From assembly GCA_046754105.1 (NCBI GenBank), contig JBHHVD010000090.1, positions 1 through 12,484 of the forward strand: a stretch of DNA of 12,484 nucleotides. The letters run 5' to 3'. Position 1 is the first letter of the stretch. The number at the start of each line of letters is the position of its first letter. Both the position numbers and the translations under genes were made by a program. The notes beneath the pieces were generated by a model, which saw only the letters and a list, made by a program, of their open reading frames with translations, was not told the DNA's origin and did no database searches. Below are positions 1 through 7,953 of this stretch, piece after piece. Origin of the DNA: Candidatus Krumholzibacteriia bacterium (GTDB taxonomy: Bacteria > Krumholzibacteriota > Krumholzibacteriia > WVZY01).

Positions 1-1
1 G

Positions 2-2161
2 GGGCGCTTCGCCGGCGCGGCGGGGCTGGCCGTGTTGGTCGTCGTCTCCGTACTCTCGGTGCCGTCGGCCGTCCACGCGTACGTCGGACCGGGGGCGGGC
101 TTCGCGCTCGTCTCTTCGTTCCTTACCTTCGTCATCGCGTTTTTCACCGCGTTCTTTGCGCTCTTCACCTACCCGGCGCGGATGGCGTGGCGCGCCGTGC
201 GCCGCAAGCGGCCCGAGTCCGCGGCGCGCGCCAAAAAAGTCATCATGCTCGGCCTCGACGGCCTCGACCCGCTCATTACCGAGCGGCTGATGGACGCCGG
301 CGAACTGCCCAATTTCTCCAAACTCAAGGCCCGCGGGACCTACCGGCGCCTCGGCACCGCGAACCCCGCCATGTCGCCGGTGGCGTGGTCGTCGTTTGCC
401 ACCGGCTCCGACGCATCCCATCACGGCATCTTCGATTTTCTCACCCGTGACCGGCGCACCTACCTGCCGCAACTCTCATCGAGCCACGTCTACGGCGAGT
501 CCAGGTTCTGGAAGCTGGGGCCGTTTCGTATCCCCCGCGGCCACGGCGGCGTGCGCTTTTTGCGCAAGAGTGTGAGCTTTTGGAAGATCTTGAGCGACTA
601 CGGCGTCTTCAGCACCGTGCTGCGCGTACCGATTACCTTTCCGCCCGAGAAGATCCACGGCCTCGTGCTGGCCGGCATGGACGTACCGGACCTGCGCGGC
701 ACCATGGGCACGTTTACGTTCTTCACGCAGTCCCCCGCAGCCGACAAAATCGGCGGCATGGTGATCAAGCTGCCGCAGGGCAACTCGGGCAGCCCGCTGT
801 GGAGCGAGCTCCCCGGCCCCGTCAGTCCGATCGATGGCAAGCCCATCCCGCTCGAGGTCGAGATTCACCGCGCGAACGGCAGCGGCCGCGCGCGGGTACG
901 GGTGGGTGACCAGGTATTCGCCCTCGGCGAGCGCGAATACTCACCCTGGATCAAGCTCACCTTCAAGGCGGCGGCCAACATCAAGATGACCGGGATCGCG
1001 CGTTTTTATATCACGCAGATGCAAGGCGACTTCGGGATGTATGTCACCCCCATCCACATCGATCCCGACAAGCCGGTCATGCCGGTGTCCTCCCCGTCGG
1101 TCTATTCCGCCTATCTCTCCAAGCTCATTGGACCGTACGCCACGCTCGGGCTCGCCGAAGACACGTGGGCGGTAAACGAGCGCGTGCTCGACGAGGACGG
1201 ATTCCTCAAACAGGCGTACCTCTACTACGAGGAACGCCGCAAGATGTGGTTTCACGCGTTGAAGAAACTCCGCAAGGGCATGGTGTGCTGCGTGTTCGAT
1301 CTCAGCGACCGCCTGCAGCACATCTGTTTCCGGTATCTCGACGCGGATCACCCGGCCAACGCGGGCAAGGATACGACAAGGTACAAGGAAGCGCTCTACG
1401 ACATGTACCGTGAAATGGACAAGCTCCTGGGCGAGACCCTCGCCTACGAAGACAAGAACACGGCGCTCTTCGTGCTCTCCGACCACGGGTTCAAAACGTT
1501 TCAGCGCGGCGTCGACCTCAACACCTGGCTGTGGGGCAACGGCTACCTCGCCGTCAAAGACGAGGCGCCGCAACGCGCCGCCAACCCCGGCGGGCCGGGG
1601 GCCGCAAAGCAGGCTGCCGGCCCGAGTGCCGGCGACACGCCCGGCGGCGAGTACCTGAGCAGCGTCGACTGGTCGAAGACCCGCGCCTACGCCATCGGCC
1701 TCGGCGGCATCTACATCAACCTCGAGGGCCGGGAACGCCACGGTACCGTCGCGCGTGCCGAGGCCGAAGCGCTCAAGAAAGAGATTGCCGACAAGCTGCT
1801 CGCGCTCGACGATCCCAAGCGCTCCACGCCCGCCATCAGCGGCATGACCGACGTCGCCCGCGACTTCAAGGGACCCTACCGTCACGACGGCCCCGACCTG
1901 CTCGTTGGCTTCGCCGAGGGATACCGCGTCTCCTGGGACTGCGCGCGCGGTGTGGTCACCGGCGAAGTGTTCGAGGACAACACCAAGAGCTGGAGCGGCG
2001 ACCATTGCATGGACCCGCGCGTCGTCCCCGGCATCCTCTTTAGCAACCTCGATATCGCCGCCGAAGAGCCGCGCCTGATGGACCTGGCGCCGACGGTGCT
2101 GGAACTCTTCGGCATCCGCGCGCCGGGACACATGGTGGGAAGGAGCCTGGTGTCCAAATGA
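2..2161 (+). CDS. AlkP-superfamily phosphodiesterase/nucleotide pyrophosphatase-like protein with an N-terminal signal peptide and TM helix; probably 5'-truncated by the window edge (ORF track starts at GTG 32)
   Basis: Motifs GLDGLD (metal Asp), PAMSPVAWSSFATG (Ser nucleophile region), HHGIFDF, DRLQH, VLSDHGF and WSGDH. The frame is open from base 2 (GRFAGAAGLAVLVVV...), reading as one hydrophobic signal region ending AVHA|YVGPGAG, then a Phe-rich TM helix and a basic patch (RAVRRKR). Confidence 0.9.
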   Translation, partial: GRFAGAAGLAVLVVVSVLSVPSAVHAYVGPGAGFALVSSFLTFVIAFFTAFFALFTYPARMAWRAVRRKRPESAARAKKVIMLGLDGLDPLITERLMDAGELPNFSKLKARGTYRRLGTANPAMSPVAWSSFATGSDASHHGIFDFLTRDRRTYLPQLSSSHVYGESRFWKLGPFRIPRGHGGVRFLRKSVSFWKILSDYGVFSTVLRVPITFPPEKIHGLVLAGMDVPDLRGTMGTFTFFTQSPAADKIGGMVIKLPQGNSGSPLWSELPGPVSPIDGKPIPLEVEIHRANGSGRARVRVGDQVFALGEREYSPWIKLTFKAAANIKMTGIARFYITQMQGDFGMYVTPIHIDPDKPVMPVSSPSVYSAYLSKLIGPYATLGLAEDTWAVNERVLDEDGFLKQAYLYYEERRKMWFHALKKLRKGMVCCVFDLSDRLQHICFRYLDADHPANAGKDTTRYKEALYDMYREMDKLLGETLAYEDKNTALFVLSDHGFKTFQRGVDLNTWLWGNGYLAVKDEAPQRAANPGGPGAAKQAAGPSAGDTPGGEYLSSVDWSKTRAYAIGLGGIYINLEGRERHGTVARAEAEALKKEIADKLLALDDPKRSTPAISGMTDVARDFKGPYRHDGPDLLVGFAEGYRVSWDCARGVVTGEVFEDNTKSWSGDHCMDPRVVPGILFSNLDIAAEEPRLMDLAPTVLELFGIRAPGHMVGRSLVSK

Positions 2162-4203
2162 CCCGCGTCCGGCGCATGAATATCGCGGCCCGCCTCGTGC
2201 CCCCGCTCCTGCTGCTCGCATTGCCGCTCGCGATCGTGGCGCTCGTGGGGCTTACCGCGCATCTCTCCGGCTCCCGCGCCGGCGCCGCTCCGGCGGGCCC
2301 GGCCCGGGCGGAGACCCCGGCCGGCACGGCCCCCAGCGTCGTGGTGCTCGGGATCGACGGTATGGACCCGGGGCTTCTAACTCAATATATGGAAATGGGT
2401 ATCATGCCTAACTTCGAGCGGCTCATGAAGACAGGCTCGTACTCGGAGCTCCAGACCAGCATCCCTCCGCAGAGCCCGGTGGCATGGTCGAACTTCATCA
2501 CCGGCATGGACCCCGGCGGCCACGGCATCTTCGACTTCATCCACCAGGACCGCAGCAACTACATGCCGGTCTTCTCCACCGCCGTCGTGCAGGCGCCCGA
2601 GCGCACGCTGCGGCTCGGCAAGTGGGTCATTCCCTTGTCGAAAGGCCGTGTGGAGCTCCTGCGGCGCGGGCAGGCGTTCTGGCAGCTCCTCGACGAGGGC
2701 CGGGTGCCCTACCTCGTCTTTCGCATCCCGGCCAATTTTCCGCCGGTCGAGAGCAAGGGGGTCAGCGTCGCCGGCATGGGGACGCCCGATCTTCTGGGCA
2801 CCTACGGCACGTTTTCGTTTTACACCGACGATCCGACCCTGATGTCGGCCGACGTCTCCGGCGGCGAGATCTATCCCGTCGAGCCGCACGCGCACACCGT
2901 TACCGCCGCCTTTCACGGACCCGAGAACTCCATGCTCGCCGCGAAGCCCGCGCTCGAGCGCCCTTTCACCGTTCACCTCGACCCCGAGAACGAGACCGCG
3001 CTCTTTACCGTCGGCCACCGCAAGCTGATCCTGCAGGAGGGCGAATGGAGCGACTGGGTCGAGGTCGACTTCGACGTCATGGGCCCGTTCAGCCGAATCT
3101 CCGGCATCACGCGGCTCTACCTCAAGTCGGTGGCTCCCTACTTTCAGCTATACGCGACGCCGATCAATATCAACCCGGCTGACCCGGCGCTGCCCATCTC
3201 CAGCTCGACCGGGTTCTCGCGCTCTCTCTACGAGAAGATCGGCTACCACTACACGCAAGGCATGCCGGAAGACACCAAGGCGCTCGAGTGGGACATCTTT
3301 ACCGACGCGGAATTCATCGAGCAGTCCAACCTCGTCTTCGAGGAGCGCCTGCGCATGCTCGATGCCATCCTCGACGGTTACGACGGCGGCTTTCTGTTTT
3401 TCTATTTCTCGTCCATCGACCAGGTCTGTCACATGCTGTGGAAAAACATGGACCCCAAGCACCCCGGCCACACCGCGGAGCGCGCCCGGCACAAGGACCA
3501 CATCCAGCACCTCTACGCGCGCATGGACAGCGTGCTCGGTGTCGTGGAGAAACGAATCCCGGACGACGCGACTCTCATCGTCATGAGCGACCACGGCTTT
3601 GCGCCCTATTACAAGAAGTTCAACCTGAATACATGGCTCTACGAGAACGGTTTCCTCACGCTGCAGCGCCCGAAAGAGATCGGGCGGCACGCCCTCTTTG
3701 CCAACTTGTTCTGGCGCCGCACGCGCGCGTTCGCGCTCGGCATCAACGGTCTCTACGTGAACCTGCGCGGCCGCGAGGCCAAGGGTATCGTCCGCGGCGA
3801 GGACTACGACGCGCTGCTCGGCGATATCACGGACAAGCTGCTCGCCTACCGCGACCCGGAGAGCGGCGCGCAGGTAGTGCGCCGGGTGTACCGGGCCTCC
3901 GAGGTCTATCACGGCGACGCGGCCGACGACGGGCCCGACCTCATTATCGGCTACGACCGCGGCTACCGCGGCAGCGACGGTGCCGCCATCGGCAACCTCT
4001 CCGAGGCCGTGTTGACCCCCAACATGGACAAGTGGAGCGGCGACCACTGCATGGCATACGAAGTCGTGCCGGGAGTCCTGCTCTGCAACCGCCCGCTGGA
4101 GGTAACCGACCCGTCGCTTACCGACCTCTCCGCCACCATACTCGACCTCTACGGCATCGCCCCGCCCGAGGTCATGAGGGGCCGGGTTGTCTTTCACCGT
4201 TGA
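2158..4203 (+). CDS. AlkP-superfamily phosphodiesterase/nucleotide pyrophosphatase-like protein (paralog of the upstream gene) with an N-terminal signal/anchor
   Basis: Motifs GIDGMD, PPQSPVAWSNFITG, GHGIFDF, DQVCH, VMSDHGF and WSGDHC in the same order as in the upstream gene. ATGA start/stop overlap at 2158-2161. Basic N-terminus followed by hydrophobic LLLLALPLAIVALVGL and an Ala/Pro linker. Alternative start ATG 2176. Confidence 0.9.
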   Translation: MTRVRRMNIAARLVPPLLLLALPLAIVALVGLTAHLSGSRAGAAPAGPARAETPAGTAPSVVVLGIDGMDPGLLTQYMEMGIMPNFERLMKTGSYSELQTSIPPQSPVAWSNFITGMDPGGHGIFDFIHQDRSNYMPVFSTAVVQAPERTLRLGKWVIPLSKGRVELLRRGQAFWQLLDEGRVPYLVFRIPANFPPVESKGVSVAGMGTPDLLGTYGTFSFYTDDPTLMSADVSGGEIYPVEPHAHTVTAAFHGPENSMLAAKPALERPFTVHLDPENETALFTVGHRKLILQEGEWSDWVEVDFDVMGPFSRISGITRLYLKSVAPYFQLYATPININPADPALPISSSTGFSRSLYEKIGYHYTQGMPEDTKALEWDIFTDAEFIEQSNLVFEERLRMLDAILDGYDGGFLFFYFSSIDQVCHMLWKNMDPKHPGHTAERARHKDHIQHLYARMDSVLGVVEKRIPDDATLIVMSDHGFAPYYKKFNLNTWLYENGFLTLQRPKEIGRHALFANLFWRRTRAFALGINGLYVNLRGREAKGIVRGEDYDALLGDITDKLLAYRDPESGAQVVRRVYRASEVYHGDAADDGPDLIIGYDRGYRGSDGAAIGNLSEAVLTPNMDKWSGDHCMAYEVVPGVLLCNRPLEVTDPSLTDLSATILDLYGIAPPEVMRGRVVFHR

Positions 4204-4236
4204 CCGCTGCATCCGCGAGCGCGAAAGGAGTACGTC

Positions 4237-4428
4237 ATGTTCGGTCCGAAAATCAAACTCGATAAAGACCTCTTCGAGCGGGTCAAGAAAATCGCCAAGC
4301 TCAGCGGCTACACCTCGGCCGATGAGTTCGTCGCCCACGTTCTGGAAAAAGAACTGGCCAACGTCGACGATGCCGGCTCCGAAGAAGACATCAAAAAGAA
4401 GCTGGAAGGACTTGGTTACATTTCATAG
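4237..4428 (+). CDS. 63-aa ribbon-helix-helix (CopG/Arc-like) small protein with a C-terminal 'IKKKLEGLGYIS' tail
   Basis: Strong RBS AAAGGAG at 4224-4230, 6 nt before the ATG. Strand KIKL, helix DKDLFERVKKIAKLSG, then SADEFVAHVLEKEL fit the RHH pattern. Mostly G/C-ending codons. Confidence 0.8.
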   Translation: MFGPKIKLDKDLFERVKKIAKLSGYTSADEFVAHVLEKELANVDDAGSEEDIKKKLEGLGYIS

Positions 4429-4441
4429 CCGCGGCTCCCGC

Positions 4442-4483
4442 CGCCGGGCCACCGGGCCTTGCGCCCGCCGGTCCGGCCCGGCG
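4442..4483 (+). other. GC-rich intergenic stem-loop with no U-tract (possible mRNA stability/processing element)
   Basis: cgccgggcc (4442-4450) pairs with ggcccggcg (4475-4483); accgg (4451-4455) pairs with ccggt (4468-4472). Confidence 0.45.
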
Positions 4484-4497
4484 CCCGGTATGCTGCC

Positions 4498-5319
4498 ATG
4501 GATGCCATCGCCCGCATGATCACAGCGCTGTTCGATATCGTGCTCGTTCCCTACGGCGACCGTCACACGGTCGGCCTCGTGGCGCTTTCACTCCTCACCG
4601 GGATTGCGATGGCGTACGTCTTCAAGTGGACGTCCGACGCCGCCGCCATCAAGGCGGCCAAGGAAAAGCTAAAGGGCCGCATCCTCGAGATGCGGATCTA
4701 CCAGGACGACCCGGTGCTTATCGTGCGGGGATTCGGCGGCACGCTCGGCGCCAACGGCGTCTACCTCGGGACGCTGCTAAAGCCCTTCCTCATCCTGATC
4801 GTGCCGGTCGTGATCGTGTTTATGCAAATGGACGAGCGCTATTCGCGCCGGCCCCTGTCCGAGGGCGAGACCACGATCGTGTCGGTGGCGCTGAAGCAGG
4901 GCGTCGATCCGTTTCGAACCGAGGTGGGGTTGAGCGTCAACGGCGGCGTCGCGCAAGACGCGCGGCCCGTGCGCGTGGGCGAGACCGGCGAGATCGCCTG
5001 GCGGCTGCGGGTCACCGGTCCCGGCACCCACGAGGTGACCCTATCCGGCGGTGGTGGTTTGTATACCTTTCCGGTTGTGGCCGAGGACGGCTACCGCATG
5101 ATCGGGCACGTGCGCAATGCCGGCGGTCTCGTGGAGCCGATGCTGCACCCGGCGCTCGCCGCCATCCCCGAGGGCTCGCCCTTCGAGCGCATCACCGTCG
5201 ACTACCCCGGGGCCTCATATCCCTTTCTCTCCTGGCACCTGCACTGGATCGCGATCTTTGTGATCTACTCGTTCGCCGCGGCGATCGCTCTCAAGTTCAT
5301 CATTAAGTTCGAGATATAG
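4498..5319 (+). CDS. Membrane protein (about 273 aa) with a DUF106/EMC3/TMCO1-like layout and an inserted beta-rich soluble domain
   Basis: ATG 4498 (MDAIARM...) preferred over TTG 4459, which lies inside the hairpin. Layout: N-terminal amphipathic helix, TM1 (VGLVALSLLTGIAMAYVF), helical hairpin (SDAAAIKAAKEKLKGRILEMR), LKPFLILIVPVVIVF TM2, a beta-rich region, and C-terminal WIAIFVIYSFAAAIAL TM3. The CDS is secure; the family call is tentative. Confidence 0.7.
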   Translation: MDAIARMITALFDIVLVPYGDRHTVGLVALSLLTGIAMAYVFKWTSDAAAIKAAKEKLKGRILEMRIYQDDPVLIVRGFGGTLGANGVYLGTLLKPFLILIVPVVIVFMQMDERYSRRPLSEGETTIVSVALKQGVDPFRTEVGLSVNGGVAQDARPVRVGETGEIAWRLRVTGPGTHEVTLSGGGGLYTFPVVAEDGYRMIGHVRNAGGLVEPMLHPALAAIPEGSPFERITVDYPGASYPFLSWHLHWIAIFVIYSFAAAIALKFIIKFEI

Positions 5320-5553
5320 TCTCCTCGAAACAAGCCTCTTACGGTCCCAGTGCACGGCTCGGCATCAATCGGCGTTCGTTGCCGTCGTATCCTTCCAGTT
5401 TCCGGGTGCAGTCTCCCTCTGCGGCGATACACCGGTCGGGCGAAATGAGACCGCGCCCCCGCCGGAACCCCGAGTCCTGGGTCGCGAGCACGCGCGTCCC
5501 GTCCGCGCGCGGTGGAGCTTCGGGGTGTGCACGGCGCCGCTGGCGGGGCGTTC

Positions 5554-6384
5554 CTACGGCTTCGACTCGTCCAGCACCGCGCCCTCGGCCATCGTCATCC
5601 GGGCCGTGTCGAAGGGTTTTGTGAACGACCACTTGGAAAAGCCGCACTCCGCATAGAGCTTCTTGTCCGTCTCGTAGATCGTGTAGTGGGTCGGGACCGC
5701 GAGGCCCCCCACCGTCTCGAACGAATCGAAGACCAGGATATGCTCCGGCGTCTGCGTCATCCCCTCGGGAAGCAGGCTCTCGTAGGTCACCACGTAGCGG
5801 CAGCCCTTGAGCATGTGCGTCTTGGGGTCGATGTAGAGCACGTAGTAGTCGTCCGGGGTGTCCCCCACACCGGCTTCAAAGGTCATCCGCACGGTGATGT
5901 AGCTCGTCGGGTCGTCCCAGAGTGTCGCGCTGCTCACCTCGCCCAGTAGGACGCCCGGGTCCTGGGTCAGCCAGGGGAGGTTTACGAAATAGTAATTCAA
6001 AAGCGCCATGAAGCGCGGCGCGTAGGGGAGTTTCCACCCCACGCTCCACGCCTTCTCGCCGTCCCAGCACAGGTTCATGCCCATCTCGGGGTAGTCGATG
6101 TACGCCCGGCGCGGGCCCTGCTCCACCGTCACTTCAGAGACGAGCGGCGCCGGGGCGCCGGCGGGCTGGAAGGCGTCGTGAAAGCTCACCGTCGGGGCCG
6201 AGCGCCACGGGCCCATGCCCCCGTGGGCCCGGATCATGGACTTGACGATTCTCTCTGCGTCGGGGTCGGACCTAGCACCGGCGCTGGCCGTGACGAAAAG
6301 AGTCGCGCCCGCGGCCAGTGCCAGGGCAACGAGTCGGGCGAACCGGCGGCGTCCTGCAGGCCGGGTGGAATGCACGGGTTTCAA
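5554..6384 (-). CDS. Secreted protein (about 276 aa), DUF6503-like; probable TTG start at 6384
   Basis: AAGGAGG (6397-6391, minus strand) lies 6 nt upstream of an in-frame TTG at 6384. The ORF-track ATG 6426 has no RBS and abuts the candidate -10. Signal peptide RRRFARLVALALAAGATLFVTASAGA. Motifs IRAHGG..W, NLPW..QDPGV and VGDTPDDYYVLYIDP recall DUF6503-type proteins (from memory). Confidence 0.75.
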   Translation of the reverse strand: MKPVHSTRPAGRRRFARLVALALAAGATLFVTASAGARSDPDAERIVKSMIRAHGGMGPWRSAPTVSFHDAFQPAGAPAPLVSEVTVEQGPRRAYIDYPEMGMNLCWDGEKAWSVGWKLPYAPRFMALLNYYFVNLPWLTQDPGVLLGEVSSATLWDDPTSYITVRMTFEAGVGDTPDDYYVLYIDPKTHMLKGCRYVVTYESLLPEGMTQTPEHILVFDSFETVGGLAVPTHYTIYETDKKLYAECGFSKWSFTKPFDTARMTMAEGAVLDESKP

Positions 6385-6428
6385 GGGTAGCCTCCTTGTT
6401 CGGGGTCCGGGTGGGCGATGCCTCATAC

Positions 6429-6454
6429 TACGGGGTGGGCGCGCTTTGGTTGTG
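6429..6454 (-). promoter_or_regulatory. Candidate ECF-sigma promoter CACAAC-N16-CGTA
   Basis: Minus strand reads CACAAC (6454-6449), 16 nt spacer, CGTA (6432-6429). This matches the AAC-N16-CGT(A) core of SigW-like ECF promoters and lies about 30 nt upstream of the RBS. Confidence 0.55.
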
Positions 6455-6543
6455 GTTTTCGTGCCCGGTGCAGTTCCAGGGGTCGGGATGTGGTCAGATC
6501 AGCCGGGCGTTTCGGGCCCCCGCTTGCACCCCCCGACCACCCC

Positions 6544-7548
6544 CTATTTCTGGATCACGATCGTTTGGTCCAGTGGAATCCACACCCCCGGGGCTTGCCT
6601 CGATATGGGTCTCACCTCTGCGAGCGTAGGTGTGATCGTCAGTTCCAGATAATTATAAACGGAGGCATGGAATTCCGAATTGTATGGAGGGCCGGGCAAG
6701 GGCGCGGGCGGGACCCACCCGTGCAGTTCCGCGCCAGCACCCCCAGAGACAAAGTAGGGTATACCATTGATATTCCACCTCTCGTAGGCGTGCGTGTGTC
6801 CCTGGAACACCGCGTGTACCCGGCGGACGCCCCCGACAAAGAAAATATCATCCAACTCCTTGACATAATCCGGGCGATTGCGGGTTCTTTCTCCGTCGGT
6901 CCAATACGGTACATGAAACATGACAAACTTAAAAAGGTCCGCGTATGCGGGATTGTCCAAAACGCCATTCAACCAGTTCTTTTGGGTATTCCAGTTCTGA
7001 GCTGGGCGAGGCTGGTCGGTGCCCGCGCTGACATCCAGAACGATAAAAACTGCGGTTGGGGGTCCACCCACCCGTGCGACATAGTAGCGCTGGTTTGACA
7101 GATAATCGAACTTGCCAAAATAGCGTTCCAGGTTAGTGTCATCCAGAACGTCGTGGTTTCCAATCGCGGGAAATATGGTCGTGCCACTCGGTAGATTCGC
7201 GTTTATCCGTGCACAAAAATCATTCCAATTCCCTTGCGTACCCCTTTCCACCACGTCACCCGCTATAAAAACACGCCTGGGATCGTAGGCCACGATTCTC
7301 GGAACAAGCTCGTCATGAATAACCCACGGTGGCGGTGTCACGGCCATACCCGTTTGCGTATCGCCAAGCACAATGACTCTTGTCTCGCCACTTGGAGGGG
7401 GGGGAAATCCGATCTTGTCGCCTAGGGGACCGGTCCCGGCATCAACCAGAGCCTGCGTGTCGACGGGATCATCCGCCGCCCCACATCCAGACAGACCGAC
7501 AAACACGAACAGCACAAGAACAACATCGAGCACTCGCCACAACTTCAT
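6544..7548 (-). CDS. Lipoprotein calcineurin-like metallophosphoesterase (purple acid phosphatase-like), about 334 aa
   Basis: Motifs LGDTQ, AGDVVERG, IGNHD, MFHVP, FQGHTHAYER and VSGGAG. Start ATG 7548 has RBS-like GGAGGCGGAG and a lipoprotein signal MKLWRVLDVVLVLFVFVGLSG|C. The ORF-track extension to 8022 is treated as a separate remnant. Confidence 0.88.
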   Translation of the reverse strand: MKLWRVLDVVLVLFVFVGLSGCGAADDPVDTQALVDAGTGPLGDKIGFPPPPSGETRVIVLGDTQTGMAVTPPPWVIHDELVPRIVAYDPRRVFIAGDVVERGTQGNWNDFCARINANLPSGTTIFPAIGNHDVLDDTNLERYFGKFDYLSNQRYYVARVGGPPTAVFIVLDVSAGTDQPRPAQNWNTQKNWLNGVLDNPAYADLFKFVMFHVPYWTDGERTRNRPDYVKELDDIFFVGGVRRVHAVFQGHTHAYERWNINGIPYFVSGGAGAELHGWVPPAPLPGPPYNSEFHASVYNYLELTITPTLAEVRPISRQAPGVWIPLDQTIVIQK

Positions 7549-7580
7549 AACTCCGCCTCCTGGGTTTGAGCAGGCACCCG

Positions 7581-7607
7581 ATTGTACCACGGGGATGAAC
7601 ATGGCAA
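7581..7607 (-). promoter_or_regulatory. Candidate sigma70-type promoter with extended -10 for the metallophosphoesterase
   Basis: Minus strand: TTGCCA (7607-7602), 15 nt spacer ending TGG, then TACAAT (7586-7581). The -35 spacing is short, but TGn-TACAAT is a good extended -10. Confidence 0.55.
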
Positions 7608-7611
7608 AAGC

Positions 7612-7953
7612 CCCCCCGTCCGCTGTCAGCTCCCAGGCGATGGAATCGACGTACGCCGCCGTCACGCGCACCCGCCGTACCTCCTTGCCCGAGGGGCTCA
7701 GCGACAGCGATTGTCCGGCGTTGGCCCCGGAGTCGAACCAGCGCTCGAAGATCTTGAACGATTGCCAGTTGATCGACCTGTACCAATATAAATAGTCTCC
7801 GCGGAGTGTCACATCTGTGGCACCGGTCAAGCCCGTGTCGTAACTGAGAACGATGACTGGACTGGCGGGATTGCTCACATCGATTTTGTAGAGGAACCCG
7901 TCCGATGCGCTTACGTAGGCGTAGCCACCGGCGACGTGCACACCCACCGCCGC
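7612..7953 (-). pseudogene. Internal fragment of an LVIVD-repeat (beta-propeller) protein
   Basis: AVGVHVAGGYAYVSASDGFLYKIDVSNPASPVIVLSYDTG..ATDVTLRGDYLY is a typical LVIVD repeat and a half. A beta-rich segment follows and breaks off at an Asp-box-like ELTADGG. No credible start, signal peptide or own stop codon. Confidence 0.6.

Noticed and set aside
941..4338. Long antisense ORFs (941-2221, 2377-3018, 3148-4338) and Arg-rich alternative-frame ORFs
   Set aside because: They overlap well-supported AlkP genes and have shadow-frame composition.
4459..4497. TTG start at 4459 and a TATGCT -10-like hexamer at 4489-4494
   Set aside because: The TTG lies in a GC hairpin without an RBS. The hexamer is only 3 nt from ATG 4498 and has no properly spaced -35.
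6418..7098. 226-aa plus-strand ORF
   Set aside because: Antisense to the motif-complete metallophosphoesterase and has no recognisable features.
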